DNA of 63,679 nucleotides, filler included, from Circinaria calcarea (Eukaryota): NCBI GenBank assembly GCA_051942165.1. It is 20 parts of 20 records of this genome, joined end to end, with 100 filler letters (N's around TTAATTAATTAA, not from the genome) between each part and the next. Parts side by side here need not be neighbours in the genome. Positions count along the whole stretch, not along the records: positions 12,814 to 15,914 come from JAVECS010003042.1; positions 16,015 to 19,110 come from JAVECS010003043.1; positions 19,211 to 22,305 come from JAVECS010003044.1; positions 22,406 to 25,499 come from JAVECS010003045.1; positions 25,600 to 28,693 come from JAVECS010003046.1; 15 more parts are not named here. One strand, 5' to 3'. Shown piece by piece: positions 12,975 to 26,701 of this stretch (position 1 is its first letter; each line of letters starts with the position of its first letter). The notes under the pieces were generated by a model. It saw only the letters and a program-made list of their open reading frames with translations, ran no database searches and was not told where the DNA came from. The position numbers and the translations under genes were made by a program.

Positions 12975-14885
12975 CCTGATGCTTGAATGGGGTATTGAGT
13001 GAAAGTGGAAGGGGTAGAGACGGTGGGAGAAGCTCGAGTCAATCGAGTCTCTTTTCTATTGTTGCTGTTGGGAGGAACCCAAGCCGGTTGTGTGTGTGTT
13101 GTAAGGAACGGACGTACAAGGCGCAATGAGATGCGTCTTGTGCAGGTATGAAAAATGACTGAGCGCTGACAGCGCAGTGAATCGAAAGGAACGTGATGAA
13201 GAAGTGAAGGATGTAGGACGAGGGGGACGGAGAGATGATATGCCTGCGCTTATGGAGTAGACGAGTTGGACAAGGGGCCGGTAGGCATATTCTCAGACAA
13301 AGGGAACCGAGATTAGGGTATCAGTACCTGGGGGCTGCCGCCGGCGCAAACGGAAGGGATTGCGAGTCTTCCCCATGCCTGTCAGGAGCAAACCCTTGAT
13401 CTCGCGATTGTACAGAGGCCACTCGCGACCACCCTTTTGGCTCCGGAGTTGCCAGTCCATTCCACGGAAGCCGTCGGTAGTGGTCGGCGAAGATGAAAGG
13501 TGGAAGGATGGGAGTGGGCTGAAACAGAAAGGGCGATTAGATAACCCGCTAGCTCGTCCCCGTTGGCGGCAATCGCACACATGTTACATGGAGCAGGGGG
13601 GATAAAGCCCGGCGCTAAGGTTAAAACGTTCCGTGTGGATGGTCTCCCCTTTCATAGGAGAGAACTCAGGAGGCTTGGACACGCTCGAAATTGCACCAAC
13701 GCGGCGGCACGACAAGAGCGTGATTTCAGGCACCGTAGGATCTGAGAAGCTATTGTGAGAATCATGTCATCTACGAGATTTCCGGGTGAAGGTCTGTCCT
13801 GCAAGAGCTCGGACCTCGACATAATAGCGATGCCTGTACACCGTTAGGCTAGGTGTATATATGCAGTCAAGCTTGGACTCGCGCAACGGTTGAATGTGAA
13901 TAGAGGCCTTTGAGTCTAGATTGCTGTACCGAGTACGCCAACATGCTACAGGGAAGAACGGCCCCCGCCCGACGACCGTTACATTCGCAGCCACATCCTA
14001 CTCGGGGCCAACATCGAGTTTGCCGTCTGTGCCTTGCAGTGATCTAGATGTACGCTCGTTTGCTCAAATGCTATAGGGGTCATTTCTTACTGCATTGGAA
14101 AGGCGAATGGTGTCCTAAAACTCCCCAGCGGCCTGTTTCGGTGCGCCGGGATAATTGTGATGTGCAGATAGTTCCAAAGGTTACAGGGCTTAGATATCGA
14201 TATGACGTGTCACGATACCAACCCAGTGACTACGTACATCCACACTGAAGACGTACATACTGCAAAGCATCGGATCGACATTTAATACTAGGACAGTGGA
14301 ACACAGGCACTACCCTGCGTTCCTTGCGTAGAAGCTGCTTGCTTCAGTAAGTAGCTTTTCCTGTTACCGACCGGGAAAGGAATACCGACTTTATTCTATA
14401 CCCGATTCGCTATAGACAAAGCGTCGCCGATGGCTCTCCGAGACTCTTGCAATGGCGTATGTTCTACAAACAGTCGATCTAGTAGCACTCGGTGGATGAT
14501 GTTGTGCTGGGCGTCCTCGGCTTTGGAGCATAGAGGATTGGTCATGGGAATCTAACAGGACACCAACAATCCCGGCATATCTGTGGCATGCTAGTGCCTT
14601 GCCGCAGTAGAGGGACCATCAGACCCGCTTAACACCTTCCCCATTGCTACCTGTACTTGACTTGCCTGTACCAATGGCTATTTCCATTCGGGTCTTGAAG
14701 GTTGGGATATAGAAAATTGTGAAGAAGAAAGGTAGGATAAGCTGTAGTTTTTTCCGGCTATTTCTGGATAAAGATGTTCTCGTCTCTCGGGAATAGAAGG
14801 ATTGATTTAAATCTTTATGTTCGATATTGTTTGTCGGGAATACACGTAGTCTGTCTTGGAAGTAGGAAGAGGTGACTCCAACTAC

Positions 14886-15914
14886 CTAGCGCAGCATGAC
14901 ATCCTCCAACGGGCACTCACCCCTTTCTAACCACTGCATCGCCTCTCCATCCATCAAACCATGAATATAACACTCTCCCACATATTGAAATCCGTCTTCA
15001 ACCGGCCGCAATATAAGCGGCATACTACACCCCAGCATTACATAAATGACATCGTCCCTCTGCGTGGTTTCCAACACCATTCCAACATACCCCTTGGCGG
15101 TAGTGACGAGTCTCCTCCTCACATTAATACTATCTCGCCGCATAAGCGCGTCTCTCAAGTGCACGCGATCAATCGAAGGGAGCGAGATGGCATCTGTGAA
15201 GCAATCGCGGAGTTCTCTCCCGCACACTTTGAACGCCGCGTTCCCTGGTAGGAATCGCACGCACCAGTCGAAGATATTGCTCTTGATCAGCTCGTTGATG
15301 GGATCATCGTCGGCAAAATGAGCTTCTTGGAGTGTAGGTGTTGCTAGAAGGGAGCTGTAATCGACGTTCAATGGTTCGCTGTGGATGTCTCGACCTACGA
15401 CCATGCTCTTCCAAACAGCTTCTCTAGTGGCTTCGAGATTACCGTATGGATTGACGGAACCTGCTGTCTGCTTTATACTATCTGGCGACCAATATTTGCT
15501 CCACATGCAGCCCATGCCGTCAAAGGTGTCTACTTTAAAGCCCTTGCACGAGAGGGACTTCCTGTCACAGAGATACCGAGGATCCGCCGTTGACGAGCCG
15601 CTGGTAGCAAAGGTGGTGTTACTGATTATCAGAGCGGATGTAACTGGCTCCGCTGTCCAGTCAGGAACCCACGAGGGAAACTCCTGGTTGGTCGCTGGAA
15701 AGCAGTGACGTATGACATCCAACGATCCAGTCGTTTGAATGGTGACCAGAACAAAATCCGTGTACACGTCGAGGACCGTGGCCGAGTAATCAGGGGTAAT
15801 CAAATTCGTAAGAGATTCGTCCATTAAGTTCAGAAACCCATATATTTTGTCTCTTGGATCAGTAGCAAAAACAGTCCGTCCGAGATTGAGCAACCGGTAA
15901 AGGTTGGTCCGCTG
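14886..15914 (-). CDS. HET-domain protein C-terminal region, 5' truncated
   Basis: ATDPRDKIYGFL, PDYS, PSWVPDW, RRLVTTAKGYVGMV..DVIYVMLGCSMPLILRP..VGECYIHGLMDGEAM. Confidence 0.88.
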   Translation of the reverse strand, partial: QRTNLYRLLNLGRTVFATDPRDKIYGFLNLMDESLTNLITPDYSATVLDVYTDFVLVTIQTTGSLDVIRHCFPATNQEFPSWVPDWTAEPVTSALIISNTTFATSGSSTADPRYLCDRKSLSCKGFKVDTFDGMGCMWSKYWSPDSIKQTAGSVNPYGNLEATREAVWKSMVVGRDIHSEPLNVDYSSLLATPTLQEAHFADDDPINELIKSNIFDWCVRFLPGNAAFKVCGRELRDCFTDAISLPSIDRVHLRDALMRRDSINVRRRLVTTAKGYVGMVLETTQRDDVIYVMLGCSMPLILRPVEDGFQYVGECYIHGLMDGEAMQWLERGECPLEDVMLR

Positions 15915-16014
15915 NNNNNNNNNNNNNNNNNNNNNNNNNNNNNNNNNNNNNNNNNNNNTTAATTAATTAANNNNNNNNNNNNNNNNNNNNNNNNNNNNNN
16001 NNNNNNNNNNNNNN

Positions 16015-18664
16015 GACTCTTTCGCATACAAAAGAATTAGACGGAAAATGTCCTCTAGAAGATGCATCACCTTCTCTTGCCGTTTTCGTAGTAATAAAGA
16101 AAACAGCATGCGGTCCAGGACCTGCTCATGGTATTCTTGGAGATGGTGCAGTCCATCACGTTCTCCAAGACCACTTCCAGCATGGTCAACATTAACTCTT
16201 TTTTCGAGTTTGTCAAGATCCCTCTCGAAATGATCCCATATTGAACGAATGCCACATTCAAAGAAATACCCACAGATGGTTGTCACGAACCAATGAGCCA
16301 CGGTACAAAAACGCTGAGATGCCCGATCTATCGATGACAGATCACGCCCTCTGGTCCAGCCGTCACGAGACATCTGGTTGACAACGAACATCATACGTGT
16401 CAGTTTGAGGAGTAGTCTGAATATTGTATCATATTTCGCCAGGCAGGATAAAGTAAATATCGTATCCAGAGGTGGCGGAGGTTTGTACTGTAGACGAATG
16501 AAATCTAGAGCTTCTATAGCATTGGGATCCATACAACGTTGGATTTCGTCTTCGGAGAGGTTACGTAGAGAGAAACTGAGATCGCCTGGAAGTTCGCCGC
16601 CAGAAAGTGCCACTTCCTGACTTTTTCCGGTCAATACATAACTTTCTCTAAGGATACCCATGAGTGCAAGTTGCAGCTCCGAGTTAGCGGGTGGCCATGA
16701 ATTGCGCGACCCTAGGTGTATCCCCATTCGGCCAGCTCGGGTGCGACCCTTTTGTCTCTCGGTCGATTTGAGCTCCGGGTCGAACAAGGCATGAGAAAGA
16801 CGGGACGTAAATACCCCATCTCCAAGGAGCTGGTAATGACGCTGCAGAGATAAATGAGAGCGTAGTCCATGGTCCTTGAATAGCATTCGAAGGCATGCAA
16901 GGTTGATCAACCGGGCTTGTGCTGAGATTATCGGGCTGAGGGATAGTAGCGGTGCGATTGTTAGAGGAGGAATCGATTTAATTGATGCATTTACATTGTC
17001 ATTGGCACCCAAGATCACCGCTTCTAGGGTTTTGTCTAGAGAACAGTCAGGGAGAAGCTCCTCAAGGCTGTGTTGGGAGGTTTGTATATGTTCTGATGTT
17101 AAGTCATGAGGTATACTGAAAGGCCAGTTCTCGTGTTCTGTGTAGCCATTACTCTCTTGTGGGTACTTAGGAGCTCCAAGGTTCTCTCCACTCTCTTCAC
17201 TATGGATTGGAAGCGGATGTATCGAAGTGGCATACCCTGCTTGACTTACGCCATGGTTATCGTGACTCTTATGGACTTTCATCGCTTGCAAGAGTCCCTT
17301 TTCGTATTTGTCTGCTTTCGCCTGTATGCGTTCAATATCCGTCCAGTCAAAACACCACTCTAAATGTGGGACAGTTCCGTGCTCACTCGTATCAGGCTTT
17401 GCCAGGATATGGTCCGGTTTGTGCAATTCGAGTAACTCCAAACTTCCGCTTGTCTGCAAGATATTTGCAGCATCATCTTTCGGGACGAAGCAAGGCATCG
17501 AAGTCAGCTTGTAAGTCGATTGGCAGACTCTGGACACTCCCGGATTCTTTGGCTGTAGGCCAATGCAAGCCCCAATAGTTTGCAACCACGGCTGGGATGT
17601 TCTTGCCAGTATCTGTAGAGCTACAGGACGCAAGAAATCATCAACCTCATCAATATTCTGGCTCCAATCATACAGGACGGATAACATCTCTTCAGCCCTT
17701 TCTACCCTTCTAACCTTGGTGGTGATCTCCATGAGACATATCAAGAGGAGACCAGGTCGGTGGAATAAGGACTGAAGTTGAAGAATGCTGCGAGGGCGTC
17801 CCGTCTGAGTTACAAGACGACGCATTACGCCCGTCAAAGTCGACGAAACCGTCCCAGCGAACGCGATCATTGTAGAAATTGAGCGCTGCGAAGCATATAC
17901 ACGGCTGACGAACTCTTGCACGTCACGGACCCGATTGCCATGAGCGATGAAAGTATCTACGAGGCTTTGGAAAGTCCCTTTACAATAGCCCGATATCCGG
18001 CAACCTTCAAAACGGAGAGCAAACGAGCTAGTACCTGGGAGATACTCGAAAAATTTTGATTCCCTCCCCAATCCAAGTTGGAATAAAGCCAGCAGAAATG
18101 GTTCGCATTGGACGGTAGGGATTTCAGGTCGGACTGTTTCTTTAGCTAGACCAGTTTTCCTGCTAGAAAATGACAGGACAGCGTCTAGCACACGAGGCCC
18201 TGCTTCACTGATGTATGTTGAGGGTTCCTTGGAGGCATGATTGTAGAATTTTTCCCAGGTCCTAAGCTCCTGCATCTGTGTTGCGGACTTATCATGTCGT
18301 ATGAGAGACCAAACATCCTCGTCAGCGGTCACTATCGGCTGCTGTATCTCATCTTCCAAGGGCGCTGATATAGACTCCGGTGCGGAGATGGAATCAACAG
18401 GTCCATACTCGAATAGGTCAAGATCGGGAAGGTGTAGTTCGAGATGTTTGGACAAAGCAGTAATATTGTATCTCTCATCGTAAATATCTACAACAGCCAA
18501 AGAGGAAGTTAGCATGCGTGTACTACCCAAGATTGGAAAGTCGTACCAAGCTTGTCGAGTCCTTCAACAATTAATTTCTCTGTTTCCCATGTCCCGGACG
18601 GGAAGTCTGGAATTCTCCACGGATCCGTAGCAGCCAAAGGGTCACTATGATCTGCGTGGCCCAT
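16015..18664 (-). CDS. Gamma-tubulin complex component (Spc97/Spc98 family, GCP6-like), one early intron, 3' truncated
   Basis: 855-codon ORF with LALFQLGLGRES, PIISAQARLINLACLRMLF..HLSLQRHYQLLGDGVFTSRLSHALF, SWPPANSELQLAL, LDFIRLQYKPP. Confidence 0.88.
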
Positions 18665-18933
18665 CTGCACAACTGCACTCCTTTGCACAGATATATGGTG
18701 AGTAAAGACTCTAAAGGGCAACTTCGTAAAGACGCGCCTTGAAGCGCGTTCAACGGACGCTAGCAGGGATTTCATACCCCAGATTTTCCATAGCCCTACT
18801 GTGGGTTGCAGGGGATATTAATACTAGCTCGGAGCTAGCAGATCAGAGTATTGAAACAAGCCTCTGGAAAGGCCCCTGCTTAACCACCGATCTTTCAATT
18901 AACAATCCTCAGCCAACAATCCACTTACCCGTC

Positions 18934-19110
18934 ATGCCACCCAAGAAGAAATCTCGTCTCGCTTCTCGGGCTGCTTCAACTGTATCCAAAGGAACCCAAG
19001 ACGAAGCAATCGAGGACAAACCAACTTCGACCAAAGAAGATGCTACAAGCCCCGAATTTCCCTTGGATGCATGGACAGACGAGCAGGAGATATCCTTGTT
19101 CAAAGGCGTG
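18934..19110 (+). CDS. EAF7: NuA4 subunit Eaf7/MRGBP-like protein, N-terminus only
   Basis: MPPKKKSR...DAWTDEQEISLFKGV resembles the Eaf7 (CT20) N-terminal motif. Confidence 0.7.
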
Positions 19111-19210
19111 NNNNNNNNNNNNNNNNNNNNNNNNNNNNNNNNNNNNNNNNNNNNTTAATTAATTAANNNNNNNNNNNNNNNNNNNNNNNNNNNNNNNNNN
19201 NNNNNNNNNN

Positions 19211-19953
19211 CTGCGAGTGGACAACTTCATTGACGGCTTCCTTAAGTCTGTGTGACCGGTACTTTCCAACCGGCCAAAGGATAGGACCTCTACAGGATGC
19301 CATACGAGGATGACCGAAGACATTTCCTGCTAAGTTCTTGTAGGCCTCCAAGGCTTCATCCACGCTCATGCGGAGGCGGCTCAACATAATGGCGATGAGG
19401 CTAGCGTAAGGAATCAGCACCGGGGCTTTCGGGTTAAGAACATGAACTTACCCTCCCGTACTTGTGCCAAACATATAATCAAAGTAATGACAAGGAAAGA
19501 AGGTGGAGGACGGCATATCCTTGAGTCCATCGCCATCGGTAGAGCTTCTGGAACTAGGAGGTAACGATTGCGGATAGAGACTTGAGTCTGCAGGGTCCGT
19601 GTGTGTGCGTTCGATGTTTTCAATTATGTTCATCAATTCTTTCAGGATGAGCAACGAGGAGTAACCCCTGACACCACCGCCATCTAAAAAGGTGTCAGGG
19701 TGTGTTCCCACACTCGCTACTGATCAAAGGACTTACCTAGAGATAGGATGAACTGAGACCTCCAACAATCGTCGGAACTCGAGGAACTCGAGGAACTCTC
19801 GACCGTATCAAAGGTATCAACCCTACTGTTGCTGGACGGCTGAAAAGTTGGGTCGTTATGCCAACGCGTTTCATGGCGGTCTATTGGGAACGAGGAGGCT
19901 TTAGGCATACTGAGCTTCTGTGCCTGGCCCTCGTAAACAGGACCCAACTCCAT
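19211..19953 (-). CDS. Patatin-like phospholipase, spliced, 3' truncated
   Basis: ILSL|DGGGVRGYSSLLIL, PCHYFDYMFGTSTGG|LIAIMLSRLRMSVDEAL (GxSxG nucleophile). Confidence 0.9.
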
Positions 19954-22900
19954 TTGCTAATCTCATGTCGTCCCTGATTGAACAATGCAACCAGAAGATG
20001 AGGCCAAAAGCTGGGAGAACCTTGGATATGTACATCCAAATATCAAGAGCTTAGTGATAAATATGGGAGATCCGCATCGCATAAGTGTGGACAGTATTAT
20101 CAAAATAAAAGCCCGGACCTGAGGCAGAGCCACTGTTGAATTATAAATCATCTCGAGGAAAGCTTGGAAGGGTCGTCTGGATTGACGAGGAGGTAGGCGA
20201 ACACACCTCGAGCGCGGCACTTTGTTTGGTGATAATTTTAGCTGTATCCTTCACCGCTGCGCTAGATGCCTCGTCCGTAGAATCATGCAAAAGCCCCCGA
20301 GGCTGTCCCCAGCTTTAGTGCGGGCATTCACCCACAACTTGGGGGTTTACGCAATACTGCGCAGGCTAACAGAAAGCGTCCTGCTAAGGAAACGGTCAAT
20401 TGGAGTGTCCCCCGAGATGCAGAAAGGCGGAGACGTTCTTGACGGTGTGGTAAAGCCTCCGTTGTCGCATATTACAACGAGGCTGGCCAACTATGCCCAC
20501 CCCGAGATCTAGCCTGTAGGGTTGTCGAGTCCCACGCCCAACGGCCCCGTTAAACCTAGAGCAAAGAGTAGGAATAACCTGGATTTAGCATTGGTTTTTC
20601 GTATTCGAGTTGGAAATCACAGGTATAGTCCAACGAGTCATATTGGCCTCTTAGTTCAAATGCTTTAGTCGGACTGGCACCAAAGAGGCCGAATGATGAA
20701 AAACTGCGTCGATTTGCAATACACACTGCAAAAGTCGAAACGGGACAGACAAGAGACGGAAAGGCTAGCAACGAAAGTGAAGAGGAGCTGAGAATAATGC
20801 CTCAGGCACTCATCGTATCCGCGGGTTTAGCATAGTCCTGCATCTGGCAAAGGCGAGGGTCCGATTGGGGATGACCACACAGCTGCGCATTGTTCTCGTC
20901 TTGCACAGCCAAAAGTGGGATCGGTGGTGGTGTATCGCGACCGAATCTGATTTGTTGCGCAGATGTGCGAGGCATTTTCCAGATGCGGCTGAGGTGAGAA
21001 TATGCCTGCCCGTCCGAAGTAGCCTTGTTGGCAGTGCCACCTCGACACAGTTTGTTGCAGCTTCAGGATGAATGACCTGCACCTACATGAATTAGTTTGA
21101 AGTTGTCTCGACTAGGCGACAAGCATGCGGTAACAGTGTGCCTATCGCCGGATGACTCCCACATCCTCATGATACTAGTGCCCGGGGTCGGACAACATCT
21201 GCCTTGTAGCGGTCATATTTCATGTTACCTGACTCGCAGCCGCAGCGCCCAACTTTTACAGCTTTAAAGTCCATCGAGTCCTCGTGTTTTAGCGGAGCTT
21301 TTGTACGAAGAACAGATTCTCAATTAATGTCACAGCACAACGCTCGATAGAGCTATGCTTTCCAATACACCTACCAGTAGTTGATATATCTTGTGTTTTC
21401 CTTCAAGCTCACGTGTGGTTCTCCCAACCACCACCACGACATACGAAGAGGATCTCTCAGCGGCCACCACGAACTACAGGGGCCACATAACGGCTACCTC
21501 AGCCATAAATGCCACCCAAATCAGAATCGGACGACTTCGAACCCCCGAAGAAGTCCCCCAGCTGGAAGCAGGCCCACGCAATCATATACGATCCAGCGAG
21601 TTCTACTTTGCGAGAAGACGATATTCGAGTAACCCGTATGTCGCACCCAAAGATCGGAGCCTCCAAGATTGAACTAATTGATGGCAGAGTCATCGGATCT
21701 CGTGGAAGTGAAGGCACCCGGTAGGAGTCGTCGGGTGGACTTGCACCTAAACGTCGGATCCAAAGAGCATCAAGTCAGAGCATTCGTAGCCACAGTAGAT
21801 CTCGGCCGATTGCCCTGGACTGTGCGATGGCAGCGGTGTCGCGGAAACATCGATAGTATCTGGATCGAAGGCAAAGTTGGCGCGGAGCCCATTTCAGGGT
21901 ACTAATTCTTTGTTTTTTTCCAATGGTACACTGCCATCTCTACCAGACCGATCCTGTTGCTAGTCACTCGAAACAGTCCTGAACTTTTTGAAGAACTGGC
22001 TTAGCGTGGAGTTTATTATTGGTGGTATCGTCACTCCCTGGTATTTCCGCCAGTGCAGCAGTCCGGACTGGCCTGGCAGTTGTTAGGCTTGGTTGTGCAC
22101 CAGCCTTTCAGTACTTGCAATCAGCAGTCATAGTTGTTAGAAAAATCGTCACCCTTGTTAAATGATATTGGCCATTATAAAGGTCCTCCTAGAGAATCGT
22201 TGAACACTGTTTAAGCACTCCTTTTATGTCATGGCGCCAGGCCATATTACTGATTGTATATAATCGGAAGCGGCGGGATGTTGTCGCGGGGGGGGGGGGG
22301 GGGGGNNNNNNNNNNNNNNNNNNNNNNNNNNNNNNNNNNNNNNNNNNNNTTAATTAATTAANNNNNNNNNNNNNNNNNNNNNNNNNNNNNNNNNNNNNNN
22401 NNNNNGGTATAAATAACTCTTCTTTCTCTGTGTAATTGGAAGAAATGGTACGTATTTGATTTGCGGGTACCATATGGGGTTTGAAACATCCTCTATTCCA
22501 CCGCTAGGCCGCTGGTGAGGTGCGACACTCCCGTTAGCTGTGGAGATTGGAAAGGGGGACCCCAATATAGGGAGGTGTTTAGGTTTAGATTTTGGATTCA
22601 GATACGATTAGGAGTAGGAGATGGGGGATATCGTCATGGATTGCCATGGCGATTAATGGGAACTGAATGCATGGCCAAGGAAATATTTTTCATCGGCCGG
22701 GTGGGAATGAGAGAAAACATACGGGTAAGTAAGCTCAATTGACTAAACTTAGAAACGTAGGGTGAGCTAGTTTACACAGTGCCCGAAGTTTTAAGCGTAG
22801 GGACAGCAAATGCATGGGGTACGCCATTGAGTGAATGACTAATTTCGGCTAGTAAATATCTCTAAGTAAATAAGGCTTTCTAGCGAGATTGTGTAAGGCC

Positions 22901-24674
22901 GTAGAGTGCTTTACTTGAAAAGTATCTAAGGCTTAGGTATGTGGTAATGTGAGGCACGAGCAATACGATGGCTACACGCAGTATATGCGAGAACTAATCA
23001 TTACAGGAGAAGAAATGTGCGAGTGAAAGGTTTTCACAATACGCCAAGACGCCAACTAAGCGAGGTATCGCCACCCCCTAACCGTAGAGCCTGACAGATT
23101 GTTTTTGTGTAGATCGTGGCTGTATGAGAGCTTTGATCTTTCATCGTTTCTCCAGCAGGAATGAATATACTTCGCTTTTATAGAGATGCTCGTTGAAAAG
23201 ATTCTTATCTGCGGTTATGCAGTCTAACTCTTAGTGGGTCACATGCTCAGCCGATGGGAAACCCGTGGTTAATTTGAAAGGCCGGTAATATTCCACTATT
23301 GTTGTACTCGACTGATTAATTGACGGATTCCCATTTAAAAGATGTTCGTTGCTAATAGCTGACAATCACATTCGCCGGAGCCAAAAGGTGTAATGCCCGA
23401 TTGGGGCTGCTCAAGGAACCGGGAGGTGTTTTCAGCGAGATGAGACGACCATAGCTAGGCCATAAATTTAAGAGTCTCTTAAGCAGAGCAAGAGCCTTTC
23501 ATTTAACGCCGCGACAAGACGTGATCTTGGAAATTGGGGCTGTCGTGATGCACAAAAACTGCGGAGGCTGTCTCGCGTAGCCGACAATGACATCAATGAT
23601 GTGTAGGATTAGAGTTATCTTAGGTTCCGAGCGAGTTTTAGCTTCGGGTGCTGACAGGCGGGATCTCTCCGTCCGTGCATATTCCTGCGAGCCCTGACGC
23701 TATTCTTGTTCCTATTCAATGGGTCTGGCCTATCAGCTCAAAGAACCTAAACGAGTAGTCAATTTGCCGCCACGAGTAGAGAGAGCTCCGTCGAACATTT
23801 TTTGAGTAAAGCTAAAACACTGACATAAATATGCGATTTGGTAATACGAAGTAGCGGCGGTGGGTCTTCGAAAAAGTACATATGACCGAATGTTACATGA
23901 TTAAGGAAATAATCATCTACGAGGTGTCTTAGATTAGCGCGGTCTACCACAGTATATCTCACACCAAGACAACCTGCAAAAGTGTCTGGGAGTTTTCCTG
24001 CGATCAGTACGAGAAGAAAGGGTTTTTCAAACAGATTTAAGTCGACAATAAGCTCTCACATTGAGCCGTGGTAAGAGGTCCGAATAACTAAGCAATTTTA
24101 ACCCTTTGTTTTCTGGTAAAAGATGGGTGTAGATTGGGCAGAGTACTGGTGTGGGAAGAGATATGGGCATCTATATCTTATCCTGCCTGTACCTTATACA
24201 CCTCGCCTCCTTATACTGAGAAGTCCACGTCTTGAGGATAAGTGCGGTTGCGCCTTGTATAGTGGAAATTTCTATCCTATCGTGGTGGTCGGCCGAGTCT
24301 GATATTGTATAGAGATTCCAAGTATAGAGGAAAGCAACAAGATACTTCGTAGCGTCAACCAAAATAAGTAAGCGAGCATGTGATATATCACATAAGTGGT
24401 TTCGACAAGACGGGGGAACAGGGTCGTCATCCCGCTTCTGATGGTTCCACAACATCAAAAAGGCACGACCCGCTATTCAAAGGGTTACGTCGGAACACGA
24501 ATCCAACCAATGATCTCTCTGGATCGAAAGGAGATTTTTTCTGTCCTACATACAGGGGTATGTTGATGACCTCCAACGGGTAGTGATGCGATATAAAATG
24601 GGAGATCTGAGATCTGGTAGATCAAGTGACTCTGAAGACGGGTATAGAGCTTCGCTTTAGGAGCCTTTACTACA

Positions 24675-25499
24675 TTAGACACTGTCGATCCTCTGCACCA
24701 CCATCGCAGTTGCCGATCCTCCTCCGTTGCAGATAGCTGCAACGCCGTATTCTCCCACCTTCAATTGATGTAGTAAGGTAGTCAAGATCCTGGATCCCGA
24801 ACTGCCAAGCGCGTGCCCAAGCGCAATCGCGCCACCAAGAGGGTTTACCTTTGTTGGGTCAAGCTCCAATATCTTCTCATTGGCCTTGATCACTGCTGCG
24901 AATGCCTCGTTGAGCTCCCAAACCGCAACATCATTCGTGCTGATTCCAGCTCTTTCGAGGGCAATCGGCACCGCCTTCGCAGGAGCGACTGGAAAATCGA
25001 CAGGATCAACGGCTGCATCGGCGGAGCTCACAATCCGTGCGAGCACACGACTATTCTTACCATACTCTTGTGCAATGTCCTTGCTGCCTAGAACAAGTGC
25101 AGAACCACCGTCATTCATGGACGAGGAATTAGCTGCCGTCACAGTACCGCCATCTTTGACGAAGGCAGGCTTCAGGGTAGGAACCTTGTCTTCCCGGAGA
25201 TTCTTGTAGCCATCGTCTTCGGTAATGACGGTGTTTTCTTTCTTCCCCTTGACTGTAACTGCCGCCACCTCGTCCGAAAACCTGCCCTCGGCCCATGCTT
25301 TCTGGGCATTTTTGTAAGACCGGATGGCGTACTTGTCTTGCTCTTCCCGCGAGATGTTGTATTTTTTCGCCGTCTTTTCCGCACAAACCCCCATGTGGAT
25401 TTGATTATAAACATCCCATAAGCCGTCCTTGATCAGCCCATCCTCGGCCTTTATCTCTCCAAAGGCAGGCATACCACTCCCTCTCGGCAGATAGTATGG
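24675..25499 (-). CDS. ERG10: Acetyl-CoA acetyltransferase (thiolase II), 5' truncated
   Basis: [51 protein letters not shown]. Confidence 0.95.
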   Translation of the reverse strand, partial: PYYLPRGSGMPAFGEIKAEDGLIKDGLWDVYNQIHMGVCAEKTAKKYNISREEQDKYAIRSYKNAQKAWAEGRFSDEVAAVTVKGKKENTVITEDDGYKNLREDKVPTLKPAFVKDGGTVTAANSSSMNDGGSALVLGSKDIAQEYGKNSRVLARIVSSADAAVDPVDFPVAPAKAVPIALERAGISTNDVAVWELNEAFAAVIKANEKILELDPTKVNPLGGAIALGHALGSSGSRILTTLLHQLKVGEYGVAAICNGGGSATAMVVQRIDSV

Positions 25500-25599
25500 N
25501 NNNNNNNNNNNNNNNNNNNNNNNNNNNNNNNNNNNNNNNNNNNTTAATTAATTAANNNNNNNNNNNNNNNNNNNNNNNNNNNNNNNNNNNNNNNNNNNN

Positions 25600-25832
25600 G
25601 GGCGGAATTAGAATCTGTCAAGCGTGAGAATGAATTGCTAAAACGCCGGATTCGGGAGCTAGAAAGGGGCTTGAGCGAGCGTCGACAATCGAGTATTGGT
25701 CGGGGAAACGGCGAATCGTTCACCGTTAACAATGCAAACATAAATCGGATATCTGGATATGGGGGAACGGGCGGAGAAGGATCAGGAAACGTGGGAAATG
25801 CAGGTAACATGGGAGCCGTTCATGGTTCATGA
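25600..25832 (+). CDS. C-terminal end of a coiled-coil hypothetical protein
   Basis: AELESVKRENELLKRRIRELERGL heptad pattern, then stop. Confidence 0.55.
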
Positions 25833-26653
25833 GTAGGGAACGGTTGTGCTTGCCTTGGGAGGGAAGGTCCCCATCGTGCCGATTTCTATTTCCAAAGTGT
25901 CCGAAGCGCTGGAGTAAAAGGTAATGTTCCCGGAAAGTTGCAGGAAAACCAACAGTGGGCGAGTGCACGCATGGCGGCCTAGACTGGGCGCGATGCAGCT
26001 TCGCCTTCTGAAGCTGTTTTGGGAATGATTCCAAAGATCCGATCCCGCCAAGCCTGCGACACCGTGAGCTATTGCGCATGGCCACGAGGCGGATCTACAT
26101 GGCGATTTCTCCATGCTGCTCTTTGTGCCCCCCTTAATCTCTCTGGCCCCGTACCAACTGGTTTCGTTTGACGAGGTCAAATACGCAATGCACAATGCAC
26201 AATGCACTCCAGCTACATGATGCACGTATGCGGAGCAGAGAGGGAGGCAAGCTATACTTGAGGCCTTCCGGATTTGCAGCTCTTCCGGGGGTGTAGGTTG
26301 TAGATGGAGTCGTGCGGGAATTATCTTCCTTCAATCTCCATTGTGGCTACGACAGCCAACAAAACCTTCACGATCATACGCATTATCCCGCTCATGATCC
26401 TCTGTAGAGAGTACCGCGTCATTGTCCAGTTTCATCATCCCCATTGCTTTTTCTTTAGTCGATCGGCAGCGTGCGCAATCGGGTGAGGCGAGCAAGCCAT
26501 GGGCCATGGCCAGAAGCCATCGCGCAAGTTAGGCGTTCTAGTTCCCTCTGTCCAGGTACAATTACTTGCAAGACCACGGGACGGACCGATCTCTTGTGCG
26601 GCTTTACGATCTCAATCCCACCGAATACTCCGGATAAGCTGCTTCTTATCGCC

Positions 26654-26701
26654 GCCATCGCCATCGCCATCGCCATCGCCGTCGCCGTCGCCGTCGCCGT
26701 C
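26654..26701. repeat. Compound hexanucleotide repeat (GCCATC)4(GCCGTC)4
   Basis: Read directly. Confidence 0.95.

Noticed and set aside
3206..19953. HET, HET and patatin as an incompatibility or defence locus
   Set aside because: Separate contigs; both families are common in Pezizomycotina
21381..21905. Overlapping short ORFs upstream of the patatin gene
   Set aside because: No frame clearly preferred and no family recognised
22288..22305. Poly-G run (also G/C/A runs at 40.6-41.3 kb)
   Set aside because: Homopolymers at or near contig ends; no evidence of function
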